Below are positions 30,477-40,481 of a DNA stretch of 64,000 nucleotides, in pieces. The notes below the pieces were generated by a model. That model saw only the letters and a list, made by a program, of their open reading frames with translations. It was not told where the DNA came from and ran no database searches. This DNA comes from an uncultured Spirochaetota bacterium. GTDB taxonomy: Bacteria; Spirochaetota; UBA4802; UBA5550. The first letter of the stretch is position 1, and each line of letters opens with the position of its first letter. The stretch covers positions 486,847-550,846 of the forward strand of contig CAWHAA010000004.1 in NCBI GenBank assembly GCA_963827275.1. Direction: 5' to 3'. A program made the position numbers and the translations under genes.

Positions 30477-33400
30477 ATGAAACAAACGACCGCAACCAAA
30501 ACTGAAAAAAGCCCTTCGGGGGCATCATCACATGTGCACGGGATATACAGGCCGAAGAACAGGGTCCGGGTCGTAACCGCGACGTCTCTCTTTGATGGCC
30601 ATGACGTGGCCATCAATATGTTCAGGAGGATCCTTCAGGAAACAGGCGTTGAGGTGATTCATCTGGGTCACAACCGATCCGTCGATGAGATCGTAAGCGC
30701 AGCAATAGAAGAGGATGTGCAGGGGATTGCCGTTTCCTGTTATCAGGGCGGGCACGTCGAATTTTTCAAATATATAATCGATCTCCTGAAAGAGCGGGGG
30801 GGCCCGCATATCCGGGTCTTCGGCGGCGGGGGCGGCGTGATCGTACCGGAGGAAGCGAGCGAGCTCGAGGAATACGGCGTGGCAAAAATCTATACGCCTG
30901 AACATGGCGCGCAGATGGGCCTTCAGGGCATTATCAACCACCTTGTAAGTGAAATTGATTTTCCGATTCCGGACGCTGTCGCGACTGATATCTCTCTACT
31001 TTCATATGATAATAAAGCTGCGATCGCCCGGCTCATCACCATGGCGGAGACGGTTGATCCCCGTGGTTCTGATAATTACGCGTCGATTCGCCAGCTTGTC
31101 CGCAAGGCTGCCGGTGAAAGAAAGATGCCGGTCATCGGGATCTCCGGCACCGGTGGCGCAGGCAAGTCGTCAATAATCGACGAGATCATTGTGCGCTTTC
31201 TGCATGATTTTAGTGATCTGCGCGCGGCGGTGCTCTGCAGCGATCCTGCAAAACGCAGGAGCGGTGGTGCGCTGCTGGGCGATCGTATCCGGATGAACGC
31301 GATCACGAATCCCCGTGTATATATGCGCTCGTTTGCCGCCGGCCAATCCAATATTGATTTTTCTGAATCGCTGTCCGATGCGCTCGCCGTTGTAAGGGCG
31401 GCCGGCTTTGATCTCGCGATAGCGGAGACGGCGGGCGTGGGCCAGGGAAGCGCCGGTCTTACCGATCTCGCCGATGTGTCGGTCTACGTGATGACCAGCG
31501 AGTACGGCGCGGCATCGCAGCTCGAAAAAATCACCATGCTCGATTATGCCGATGTGGTTATCGTGAATAAATTCGAAAAAGAGGGCGCGGATGATGCCCT
31601 CCGCGACGTACGGAAACAGGTCCAGAGGAACCACAAGGCATTCGACAGGTCGCCTGATGAGATGCCGGTATTCGGTACCATCGCTTCCCGGTTTAACGAC
31701 GACGGCCTTACCGCCCTCTATCATTTTCTGCTCGATTGTATCAATGAGAAAACAGGGAGCAACCTGGTTTCGGGCCTGCCGCGACCGGATCGGCGGACAT
31801 CGTCATCCAAGACAATAATAATTCCGTCCCGTCGCACCCGCTACCTGTCAGAGATAGCCGATACGGTGCGTGACTACCATAAACGCACCGTGGAGCAGGC
31901 GGATATCGTGCGCGCCATATGGCACCTGCGGGAATCTGCGACGCGGCTGGCGGAACGGGGCGATGCCGCTGGTGCGGTTGAACGGCTTACCGAGGAAGCG
32001 GCGCGCATGGAACCGCTGATCGAAAGCGAGACAACGTATCTCCTGTACCAGTGGGACGTCATCAGGGAGGATTACCGGAAGGATGAGCTCGTGTATCTCG
32101 TGCGCGACCAGGAGGTCAGGACGCCCCTGTATTACGAGTCCCTTTCCGGCAAGAAGATCCCCAAAATCGCCCTCCCGCGTTTCACCGACCCTGGCGAGGT
32201 GTATCGCTGGATGCGCGAGGAAAATATCCCCGGCTGGTTTCCCTATACGGCGGGCGTATTCCCGTTGAAGCGGATGAACGAGGACCCCACCCGCATGTTC
32301 GCGGGCGAGGGAAACCCGGAGCGGACCAACGCGCGCTTCAAGCTCCTGTCCGCCAATTTCGCAGCGAAGCGCCTCAGCACCGCATTTGACTCGGTCACGC
32401 TCTATGGCCGTGATCCTGAGACAAGGCCGGATGTCTACGGCAAGGTGGGGACTTCCGGCGTGAGCGTGTGTACGCTTGACGATGTGAAGGTCCTCTACGG
32501 CGGGTTCGACCTTACAGCGCCCGCGACCTCGGTTTCAATGACCGTAAACGGCCCGGCGCCGATGATGCTCGCAATGTTCCTGAACGCGGCGATTGACCAG
32601 CAGGAAGAACGGTTCGCGTCTCAGACGGGGCGGCAGCCGAATGCGGAAGAGCATGCAAGGATACGCACCGATGTGCTTTCGAACGTACGTGGAACGGTGC
32701 AGGCCGATATATTAAAAGAAGACCAGGGCCAGAATACCTGTATTTTTTCTATCGACTTTGCCCTCAAGATGATGGGAGATATACAGCAGTTTTTTATTGA
32801 TAATAACGTGCGCAATCTTTACTCCGTGTCGATATCCGGCTATCATATCGCAGAGGCGGGAGCAAACCCGATCACACAGCTGGCCTTCACGCTGGCCAAC
32901 GGATTCACCTATGTGGAATACTATCTCTCGCGCGGCATGCCCATTGACAGCTTTGCGCCGAACCTCTCCTTTTTCTTCTCAAACGGCATGGACCCGGAAT
33001 ACACGGTCATCGGTCGGGTGGCGCGTCGTATATGGGCAGTTGCCATGAGGGAGAAATACCGTGCCGCGCCGCGGTCGCAGATGCTCAAATATCACATCCA
33101 GACATCAGGCCGGTCGCTTCACAGCCAGGAGATACAGTTTAACGATATCCGTACCACGCTGCAGGCACTCTGCGCGGTGTACGATAACTGCAATAGCCTC
33201 CATACCAATGCCTATGACGAGGCCATCACGACACCCAGCCGCGAATCGGTACGCCGTGCTCTGGCGATACAGCAGATCATCAACAGGGAATGGGGTCTGG
33301 CGCGGAACGAAAACCCGGAGCAGGGGAGCTTTATCGTTGAAGAGCTCACCAGTCTTGTCGAGGAAGCGGTGCTCGCGGAATTCGACCGCATCACGGAGCG

Positions 33401-33794
33401 GGGCGGGGTGCTCGGCGCGATGGAAAAGGGCTACCAGCGGAGCCAGATACAGGAAGAATCGATGCACTATGAACACCTGAAGCACTCCGGGGGGCTCCCC
33501 ATCGTGGGGGTGAACGCGTTCCTTGACGGCGAGACGTCTCATGGCGGCGAGATAGCCACCGTTGAGCTCGCTCGCGCCACCGAGGAAGAGAAGCGCTCAC
33601 AGCTCCGGCGCCTGGACGAATTTCACCGCCGCAATGCACATGAAGCGCCGCGTGCGCTGAAAAAACTTATGGAGACGGCATTGTCGGGAGGAAACGTTTT
33701 TGCAGAAATGATGAACACCGTCCGCTACTGCTCCATAGGCCAGATCACGAATGCGCTTTACTCTGTGGGCGGCCAGTACCGGAGAAGCATGTAG
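30477..33794 (+). CDS. icmF: fused isobutyryl-CoA mutase (B12-binding domain + MeaB-like GTPase + acyl-CoA mutase catalytic domain)
   Basis: 1105 aa; N-terminal cobalamin-binding DxHxxG (SLFDGHDVAINM...); P-loop GISGTGGAGKSS and MeaB/ArgK G-domain; C-terminal methylmalonyl-CoA-mutase-like TIM barrel; domain order as in IcmF. Confidence 0.9.
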   Translation: MKQTTATKTEKSPSGASSHVHGIYRPKNRVRVVTATSLFDGHDVAINMFRRILQETGVEVIHLGHNRSVDEIVSAAIEEDVQGIAVSCYQGGHVEFFKYIIDLLKERGGPHIRVFGGGGGVIVPEEASELEEYGVAKIYTPEHGAQMGLQGIINHLVSEIDFPIPDAVATDISLLSYDNKAAIARLITMAETVDPRGSDNYASIRQLVRKAAGERKMPVIGISGTGGAGKSSIIDEIIVRFLHDFSDLRAAVLCSDPAKRRSGGALLGDRIRMNAITNPRVYMRSFAAGQSNIDFSESLSDALAVVRAAGFDLAIAETAGVGQGSAGLTDLADVSVYVMTSEYGAASQLEKITMLDYADVVIVNKFEKEGADDALRDVRKQVQRNHKAFDRSPDEMPVFGTIASRFNDDGLTALYHFLLDCINEKTGSNLVSGLPRPDRRTSSSKTIIIPSRRTRYLSEIADTVRDYHKRTVEQADIVRAIWHLRESATRLAERGDAAGAVERLTEEAARMEPLIESETTYLLYQWDVIREDYRKDELVYLVRDQEVRTPLYYESLSGKKIPKIALPRFTDPGEVYRWMREENIPGWFPYTAGVFPLKRMNEDPTRMFAGEGNPERTNARFKLLSANFAAKRLSTAFDSVTLYGRDPETRPDVYGKVGTSGVSVCTLDDVKVLYGGFDLTAPATSVSMTVNGPAPMMLAMFLNAAIDQQEERFASQTGRQPNAEEHARIRTDVLSNVRGTVQADILKEDQGQNTCIFSIDFALKMMGDIQQFFIDNNVRNLYSVSISGYHIAEAGANPITQLAFTLANGFTYVEYYLSRGMPIDSFAPNLSFFFSNGMDPEYTVIGRVARRIWAVAMREKYRAAPRSQMLKYHIQTSGRSLHSQEIQFNDIRTTLQALCAVYDNCNSLHTNAYDEAITTPSRESVRRALAIQQIINREWGLARNENPEQGSFIVEELTSLVEEAVLAEFDRITERGGVLGAMEKGYQRSQIQEESMHYEHLKHSGGLPIVGVNAFLDGETSHGGEIATVELARATEEEKRSQLRRLDEFHRRNAHEAPRALKKLMETALSGGNVFAEMMNTVRYCSIGQITNALYSVGGQYRRSM

Positions 33795-33878
33795 TCATAT
33801 CCCTCTGTTTTTATGGTAAAATTCTCTTCCTGCTGTGAATTAAACTGAAGCTGGCCAGCCTGATTTGATAATAAGACT

Positions 33879-33967
33879 GCTCTGACACCTCGTTTTCAGA
33901 ATATTTTACTCTGACCCCGGTTTCCCATTTTCAATTTACTCTGACACCAAATATTTACTCTGACCCC
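33879..33967 (+). repeat. tandem array of four ACTCTGAC(C/A)CC repeat cores
   Basis: gCTCTGACACC 33879-33889; ttttACTCTGACCCC 33904-33918; tttACTCTGACACC 33935-33948; tttACTCTGACCCC 33954-33967; lies between icmF and the convergent sulfatase gene (last copy overlaps its 3' end). Confidence 0.75.
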
Positions 33968-35892
33968 AGGCCTTTCCTTCGTGGCGGTTCAGATGTAGGC
34001 CAGAGTCTGTTTGAATTCAGTATTTTCTGATTAATGTAAATATCCATGAGCCTTTTTCGCAGACGCTTCATCACTGCGGGCTTCCCTCTCCCGGCAAGAT
34101 TGTGCTCCTCCCGGGGATCGGTCGTGAGGTTAAAGAGATATTCTTTGCCGGTTTCGGAATGATGAATGTATTTCAATGGATATTCCACAATGCCAAGGAA
34201 CAGGCCATTATACGGTTGTATCAAGTATACCGGTCCTGTTTTTACGCCAGGTGACACCAAAGATTGCCCGAGAAAATGCGTTTTCACGCCTGATATGCCC
34301 GCAATGTCGAGTATGGTGGGTGCGATATCGAGCTGGGAATAGGCCTCGTTGAGGATGCGTGGCCCAATTCTGCTGTTCCATAGTATCAGCAGGGGGGTCC
34401 GGAAGACCTCATCGTAGAACCCGACTTCATTGTGCGAGATTCCATGTTCATTAATTGGAAAACTGTGATCGCCGGTGATAATTACAGCTGTGTTGGCGTG
34501 TTGCGGTCGTTTGGCTATTCCTTTCAACAGGTCTCGAAGACCCTGATCGGATAAATGGATGGAATTGGCGTAGCGCTGATCGATCGTAGTGGGGTCAGAG
34601 TAAATCAAACACTTATCTTTCGGTACGTAATCGAACCACATATGGTTCGATGTCGTTGCCAGGAGAGCGAAGACCGGCCTGCCGCCGTTCCGCTGCCTGA
34701 TGCGTTCCATCTGGCGGAGGCATAGTTTATAGAAGAGGCCGTCCTCGGGGCCCCAGCCCCATACCTGCGGGGCGTCCGCATCAGTCAAAAATTCGTAGGC
34801 GGAATGGATATGCCGGAAGCCGGCCTTTTTCATAAAGGCCCTGGTGTTATCGAAATCGAGCTCGCGGGCGGCCTGCATGAACAGTGTGTCATATCCGGCA
34901 TCGTGCAGTAGCTCCGGGAGCGCCCTGAAGGAAAGCTCGGGGAATGACGTGAAGATTTTTCCGCGAATGCTCGGTAGCACGGACAGCAAGACCGCGGCCT
35001 GTCCCTTGCATGTCTGGACGGAATTGCCGTAGAAGCGCTCGACGTAGAGGCCGCGGGGGATGAGTGAATTGAATACCGGCGTTATCTCCTTTCCCTCCGG
35101 GGACTTCTTCCTGACTACATTGGCGTTATATGATTCAACCATTACCAGGACAATATCCGGCCTGGATGATCCCCTCGGAAGGGCCGGCGACGCGTTGAAT
35201 GTTGTCAGGTACGGGTATCCGCTAACGCTGATGCCGGCCATGGGGTCCTGGAAGGGATAGCGGAGGATTCCCCGCAGGAGGCCGGTGAATTCATCATGGG
35301 TCTTGACCGGCAGCAGCAGTATCACCGCATAGAGCAGAGCGGCCACGACTGTTTTTTTCGCCGCATGCGGGTATTCTGGCGGGGATACCAGAATTTTTTT
35401 CCGCCAGTGAAGCATGAGCAGGAGTACGAGAGATATCCCGATTATGATGAAGAACCAACGGGGAAAAATTCCGATGATGGTGTACCAGGATTCCTTGTAA
35501 AAGCCGAGGGTGAAATTATCGATAATGATGGAACAGTTGAGCGGGATGTGTGTTATGAGATAGTAGGTGTGTATCATTGTAAACAGCGTTAAAAAGAGCA
35601 TGTTGATGACAAGCCGTACCGCCCGCACCCTGCTGGCCGCAAGGTTGATAAGCTGGACCGCGACAGTGGCCGTGAATATGCTGTAACAGATATACAGTGC
35701 CGATGTTATGGAGAGATCGAAAGGCCGTATGCCGTAACGCCGCTGGAATCCGTATAAAAAAAATATCATGAGGATGACTGTCAGGGTATTCATGCAGCCA
35801 AGATCCAGGGGGAGCCACTCACGTACCAGCTCGCGATATCTGCGGGCTCTCTTTGTGATTATGTCTAACGTGGTGGTATCGCTCCTTGTCAT
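33955..35892 (-). CDS. LTA-synthase/sulfatase family membrane protein (alkaline-phosphatase superfamily)
   Basis: 5 N-terminal TM helices; extracytoplasmic sulfatase domain (DIVLVMVESYNAN..., ITGDHSFPINEHG); contains intragenic repeat copy 34591-34605. Confidence 0.8.
   Translation of the reverse strand: MTRSDTTTLDIITKRARRYRELVREWLPLDLGCMNTLTVILMIFFLYGFQRRYGIRPFDLSITSALYICYSIFTATVAVQLINLAASRVRAVRLVINMLFLTLFTMIHTYYLITHIPLNCSIIIDNFTLGFYKESWYTIIGIFPRWFFIIIGISLVLLLMLHWRKKILVSPPEYPHAAKKTVVAALLYAVILLLPVKTHDEFTGLLRGILRYPFQDPMAGISVSGYPYLTTFNASPALPRGSSRPDIVLVMVESYNANVVRKKSPEGKEITPVFNSLIPRGLYVERFYGNSVQTCKGQAAVLLSVLPSIRGKIFTSFPELSFRALPELLHDAGYDTLFMQAARELDFDNTRAFMKKAGFRHIHSAYEFLTDADAPQVWGWGPEDGLFYKLCLRQMERIRQRNGGRPVFALLATTSNHMWFDYVPKDKCLIYSDPTTIDQRYANSIHLSDQGLRDLLKGIAKRPQHANTAVIITGDHSFPINEHGISHNEVGFYDEVFRTPLLILWNSRIGPRILNEAYSQLDIAPTILDIAGISGVKTHFLGQSLVSPGVKTGPVYLIQPYNGLFLGIVEYPLKYIHHSETGKEYLFNLTTDPREEHNLAGRGKPAVMKRLRKRLMDIYINQKILNSNRLWPTSEPPRRKGLGSE
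34591..34605 (-). repeat. intragenic copy of the repeat core (GGGGTCAGAGTAAAT)
   Basis: identical 15-mer to 26457-26471; encodes L-I-Y-S-D-P on the sulfatase coding strand. Confidence 0.7.
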
Positions 35893-36011
35893 GCGTATAA
35901 GTTAACATGGAATCATTGTGTCCTGTCAATAGTTTATCATGGATGCCGGTGGTTCCCGCGGGCTTAAAATTATCATTGACGGATAATGGGATGTTTTAAG
36001 ATGATCATTGA

Positions 36012-38240
36012 GTGATGGACGTGATCCGCAAAATCCGCTGTTTGAGAGGGCTTATGAAACGATTGATTTCTGCTGCTCTTCCGACCCTCCTGCTTGTTCT
36101 CTTTTTTGCGATTTTATCTGCGAATCCTGCGAGTGCCGGGCCGGTCACGCTGGATCCATCTATCGATCAGTATGTTTTTACAAAACAGGTTGAATATATC
36201 GAAGACCCGGACAGGACACTGACCATTGAAGATGTATCGCAGGCGACAGGGCAGTGGACCCGTCAAACAGAAAACGCGTTTAACTTCGGATTTACAAAAT
36301 CGGCATACTGGTTTAAATTTTCGGTGAAGAACCCCCTGGATTCCGCCATCAGCTGGTTCCTTGAAATAAATTATCCGATGCTGGATTCGATAAAGCTCTA
36401 CATCCCCCTCGAGAAAGGCGGCTTTACCCTGAAGGAAACCGGCGACCACCTGCCTTTTTCACACCGGGATGTCGCTGATAAAAATTTCATATTCCTGCTC
36501 AACGAGGAACCGGGCACCCATACGTATTACATGCACGTCGATACTACCAGTTCTGCAAATTTTTCCATGATCATGTGGTCCACGAAAGGGGACCGCAACC
36601 GGCTTACCGCCGAGCTGCCCGTCATATGGATCTATTACGGCCTTATGATGATCATGGTCTTTTATAACCTGTTTATCTTTTTTTCTGTCCGGGATATCAG
36701 TTATGTGTTTTACGTGCTCTTTATCTCGTCGTGGATACTTATGCAGCTGACCCTGAATGGTTTCGCGTTTCAGTATCTCTGGCCGAACTGGATCTGGTGG
36801 GCCAACAACTGTCTTCCATTTTTTACTTCAAACATCAATCTCTGGTCCGCTTTTTACCTGCGTTCGTACCTGCAGACCAGGGATAATCATAAAATAATCG
36901 ATAAAATAGCGCTCTATGGCATCGCGCTTCCCTCTGCTGCGATGATTCTCATATCACTCGTCGCGCCGTACCGTATAGCAATGATGGCGGCCACGATGTC
37001 ATCTCTGGTCATAACTATCTTTTATTTTACTGTGGGGACCATACTGGTGCTGCGAAAAAACCGTGCCGCGCGGTTTTATCTGATAGGTTTTTTGGCGTTA
37101 ATGATCGGCATCGTAGCATTTACCCTGAAGACCTTCGGGGTGGTGCCTTCTGTCTTTATCACCAACTGGGGCATGCAGATCGGATCGGCGGCCATGGTCT
37201 TCTTCCTGTCTCTGGGATTGGCCGACAGGATCAGCTCCATGCGTAAAAACCTGGAGGTGCTCTTCAAGGAGCAGCAGGAAAATGAAAGGCTGGCGCTCGA
37301 ACGGGCGAAGTTCCTCGAGGGTGTTGTGCGTACGGCGAACTCCATTTCCGATGAATTCACGAGGATGAGCCGGGAGCTGGACTCGGTTAGCGGGACCCTT
37401 GCCATGCTTTCTTCCGAGCAGGCGTCAAGCAGCGAGGAATTCTCGGCAACCTTCGAGGAGCTGACGGCGGCGACGGAGCATATCCATAAATCATCGGTCC
37501 GGCAGAAGGATGAGGGCGACAAGTCCAGGCACATGATTGATGAATTGAGCGGCGCCCAGAAAAACATGGTTGACGAGAGCATGAAGGTCGCGGAGAGCGT
37601 CAGCGAGATTTCGAAGTCCGCCACCAGCACCGAGGCGAGCCTCAAGCGGATGAATGAAAAGATGACGATGATCAACGCCGGGGGCAATGAAATCAGCGAA
37701 TTCGTCACGATCATCGATGACATCTCCGACAGGATCAACCTCCTCAGCCTGAACGCGGCGATAGAGGCGGCCCGTGCCGGCGAATACGGGCGGGGGTTTG
37801 CGGTGGTCGCGGACGAGATCGGGAAGCTCGCCCAGGCGACGTCCGATAACTCAAAGCAGATCGCGGAGAAGATCAGGAAGATCATCGGGGACATCGAAGA
37901 GGGTGCCACAATAGTCGGCAGCACGAAGCAATCGACCGATGTCATTTTCAGCATGCTCGGCGATATCCAGCAGCGTATCGACCAGGTCAAAAAAATCATG
38001 GAGGTTCAGTCAAGGGGAGTGCATATGGTTGTCAAGCAGACCGCCGTCACCGACGAGGTGTCCCGCGGTATTGCGGCCGCAACGACCGAGCAGATGACCT
38101 CAATGAACCAGTCCCTCAAGACGATTGAACGGCTTTCAGAAATGGCGGTTGAAGTGTCCAGGGTGAACGACAGGATAATACAGATGACCAGGACGATTAT
38201 GCAGAAATCGGACGAGCTTTCTCGCGTTGTAAACGCATAA
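36012..38240 (+). CDS. methyl-accepting chemotaxis protein with 7TMR-DISM extracellular and 7TM domains
   Basis: Signal peptide, periplasmic domain, 7 TM helices, C-terminal MCP signalling domain ...[31 protein letters not shown]... Confidence 0.85.
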   Translation: MMDVIRKIRCLRGLMKRLISAALPTLLLVLFFAILSANPASAGPVTLDPSIDQYVFTKQVEYIEDPDRTLTIEDVSQATGQWTRQTENAFNFGFTKSAYWFKFSVKNPLDSAISWFLEINYPMLDSIKLYIPLEKGGFTLKETGDHLPFSHRDVADKNFIFLLNEEPGTHTYYMHVDTTSSANFSMIMWSTKGDRNRLTAELPVIWIYYGLMMIMVFYNLFIFFSVRDISYVFYVLFISSWILMQLTLNGFAFQYLWPNWIWWANNCLPFFTSNINLWSAFYLRSYLQTRDNHKIIDKIALYGIALPSAAMILISLVAPYRIAMMAATMSSLVITIFYFTVGTILVLRKNRAARFYLIGFLALMIGIVAFTLKTFGVVPSVFITNWGMQIGSAAMVFFLSLGLADRISSMRKNLEVLFKEQQENERLALERAKFLEGVVRTANSISDEFTRMSRELDSVSGTLAMLSSEQASSSEEFSATFEELTAATEHIHKSSVRQKDEGDKSRHMIDELSGAQKNMVDESMKVAESVSEISKSATSTEASLKRMNEKMTMINAGGNEISEFVTIIDDISDRINLLSLNAAIEAARAGEYGRGFAVVADEIGKLAQATSDNSKQIAEKIRKIIGDIEEGATIVGSTKQSTDVIFSMLGDIQQRIDQVKKIMEVQSRGVHMVVKQTAVTDEVSRGIAAATTEQMTSMNQSLKTIERLSEMAVEVSRVNDRIIQMTRTIMQKSDELSRVVNA

Positions 38241-38301
38241 CGAAATCCGCTCCTCCCGGCGCCGGGGTTCGGATCGATGTCAGCAGTATGCTCCGCGGTT
38301 G

Positions 38302-38685
38302 CTATTTATGGCATCCGGCGCACTGCGCCTGCTTCGGCGCCGCTGCAGCGGTCAGGTGACATTCGCCATAGCATTTCTTGTGCACGAGCTTTTCCGCCCC
38401 GGGCCCGAAGTGGCATCCCTGGTTGGAGCACTTGTCGTTGATTTTTCCTTTATGATGGCAGGTCTTGCAGGCCTTCCCCTGTGACGCGGCCTTTTTTTTA
38501 TGCGCGGAATGGTCGAATGCCACGGCCTTCTGCTGCGGGGCGGCGGATAGTTTTGTAATTACAAGGGGGGCGTTAGTTGTTACGGCCTGCTGCTCCGGTT
38601 CCTTCGGGGCCTCCTCCTTCTTGCAGGCGACCGTGAGGGCAATACACGCGGTGATGACGAAAAAAATCGGAACATACTTTTTCAT
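38302..38685 (-). CDS. cytochrome c3 family multihaem lipoprotein
   Basis: ORF 38302-38724, start MKKYVPIFF with lipobox LTVAC; haem motifs CKTCH, CSNQGCH, CYGECH, CAGCH (four, class-III spacing). Confidence 0.7.
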   Translation of the reverse strand: MKKYVPIFFVITACIALTVACKKEEAPKEPEQQAVTTNAPLVITKLSAAPQQKAVAFDHSAHKKKAASQGKACKTCHHKGKINDKCSNQGCHFGPGAEKLVHKKCYGECHLTAAAAPKQAQCAGCHK

Positions 38686-38811
38686 GGTCCTTCTCCTGGC
38701 GGCGCTTATATTGTAAACAATCATGCAGCCGTTTATTGATAAAAAGCAAGAGTTTTTTCGATCGGGCCGGATAGCGTGTGATCGTCTGTCGTGTGCGCGC
38801 GGCGGGTCCTT

Positions 38812-39975
38812 CTATCTCACCGGCAGGGTGAGACGCGCCTTCCATTCGTCCAGGACCGGCCGGGCAATGCCGTCCTGGTCATAGAAGCCGGTGTCCCGCC
38901 AGGCCTTGAGGATGTCTTCCGGGGACCCCAGGCCCCCCGGGACCGGAGTGGACCAGAGCACGTCATAGTCGCGTACGAGAAAATTTACCACGAAGAGCAG
39001 GTCGTGCTCCTGCGCCTCGTCCAGGAGGAGGTTGAAATAATAGCGCTGTTTCTCCGCTGTTCCGGCGAGAGTAATGTCGGGCTCGTAGGCGGTCATGGTG
39101 AGCTCCTCCGCCGGAAAGCTTGTCTCGGTGATGCACGCCGGTTTGGCGCTCAGGGCGAATATCCTGTCAAACATGTCCGCCGGCAGTGTCCCGCCGGAGA
39201 CCTCGGCAAAAAATGGGTGGAGCGAAATGGCGTAGTAATCGGTGTAATCGATGATATCGGACAGGGCGTTCATCTGCTCCGTGTGGTCCGCGCCAGAGTA
39301 ACCCTCAACGAGGTCAATCCCGGTAAGGGTGACGAAGATGGGGAGGGACGGGTATTCGGCTTTGAGAGTGGCATAGACATCCTGCTGGAGACTGACGTAC
39401 GCGTTCCAATCATCCGCTCCCATTTTTTCCATGACCAGGTTCACCTCGACGCCTACCGCGATGTAATCGGGATTGAAATATTCGATAACGCGTCTGCAGT
39501 AATTGAGATACGCGGTTTTTACCTCAGCATTGTCGAAGGCGTATCCGCTCCAGGGAGCGGTGAGGGGCTGGTTGTCGCCGGTGGCATTCCAGATCGGCGC
39601 GAGCCCGTCGCGCATGCTGTTGATGGGGGTGATGGCGACGTAGAGCTTATGGCCGGCCGGCGTGCGGCTTTTGCGGATATCCCAGTCATCCATGATTTTC
39701 GTCGTGTAGGGATATGTATCAGTCAGGGCGTCGTCCCATGGAATGCCGTTGTCAAAGTGGTGGGCCATCAGGTCCGCGTCGGTCCGGATCTTGCTGTACA
39801 CGTACTCAATTTTATCCATGCCCGATATATCATAGGGGAAGGGCGTCAGGCCCATGTAGTAGCTCCGGGACGCGAGGAGGAAGGGCAGGGCCCCTGAATC
39901 ACCGGCGCCTGTTTTGCCGGCACATGATAGTGAGAAAAATATCCCGCAAAGAATAACGATGCATGATTTGCGCAT
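38812..39975 (-). CDS. lipoprotein, putative TIM-barrel glycoside-hydrolase-like
   Basis: Lipobox FSLSCAG; alternating beta-alpha pattern and acidic residues (ITETSF, VGVEVN) suggest a GH-like TIM barrel; family not assigned. Confidence 0.5.
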   Translation of the reverse strand: MRKSCIVILCGIFFSLSCAGKTGAGDSGALPFLLASRSYYMGLTPFPYDISGMDKIEYVYSKIRTDADLMAHHFDNGIPWDDALTDTYPYTTKIMDDWDIRKSRTPAGHKLYVAITPINSMRDGLAPIWNATGDNQPLTAPWSGYAFDNAEVKTAYLNYCRRVIEYFNPDYIAVGVEVNLVMEKMGADDWNAYVSLQQDVYATLKAEYPSLPIFVTLTGIDLVEGYSGADHTEQMNALSDIIDYTDYYAISLHPFFAEVSGGTLPADMFDRIFALSAKPACITETSFPAEELTMTAYEPDITLAGTAEKQRYYFNLLLDEAQEHDLLFVVNFLVRDYDVLWSTPVPGGLGSPEDILKAWRDTGFYDQDGIARPVLDEWKARLTLPVR

Positions 39976-40203
39976 ACCGGCATCTCCCTTGATAATCCTG
40001 ATAATAATACAGGAAATTTTATGTCAGGGCAAATATTTTTTGTCAAAATACCTCTTTTGCTCAGGTAATTCGCAGATTGACGTGGGCCGGGGTGCTTTTT
40101 TAAAAATACAATGCCCCCGTAACCGGATCCTGATCGGACATAAGGTGCCAGCGGGAAGTCGCATGGCGACATTCAGGTCTGAAAATTTCTTATTGAAAAA
40201 AAT

Positions 40204-40243
40204 AGGGCATTTTATAAGGTGTGCCCTAACTTTAAAAAGGGCA
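40204..40243 (+). promoter_or_regulatory. nested inverted repeats AGGGCA-N12-TGCCCT-N10-AGGGCA immediately upstream of korD
   Basis: seen directly; ends 13 nt before the ATG; alternative-hairpin or operator candidate. Confidence 0.3.
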
Positions 40244-40256
40244 CAAACAAGAAAAC

Positions 40257-40481
40257 ATGACCAAAACAGCGGTAAAGCATTCTGTTAAGATAAATTATGA
40301 AATGTGCAAGGGGTGCGGCCTCTGCATCGCCTATTGCACGAAAAAAGTCCTCAGAGAGTCGGAGCACCTGAACAAGTCGGGCTATCATTATGCCGAGCCG
40401 GACGATGCGGCCCAGTGCTCCGGGTGCATGATCTGCACGATGGTCTGCCCGGAGGTCGTGATAGAGGTATATGATGAGTAA
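40257..40481 (+). CDS. korD: 2-oxoacid:ferredoxin oxidoreductase delta subunit (2 x [4Fe-4S] ferredoxin)
   Basis: CKGCGLCIAYC and CSGCMICTMVCP cluster motifs; 74 aa; overlaps the alpha start. Confidence 0.85.
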   Translation: MTKTAVKHSVKINYEMCKGCGLCIAYCTKKVLRESEHLNKSGYHYAEPDDAAQCSGCMICTMVCPEVVIEVYDE

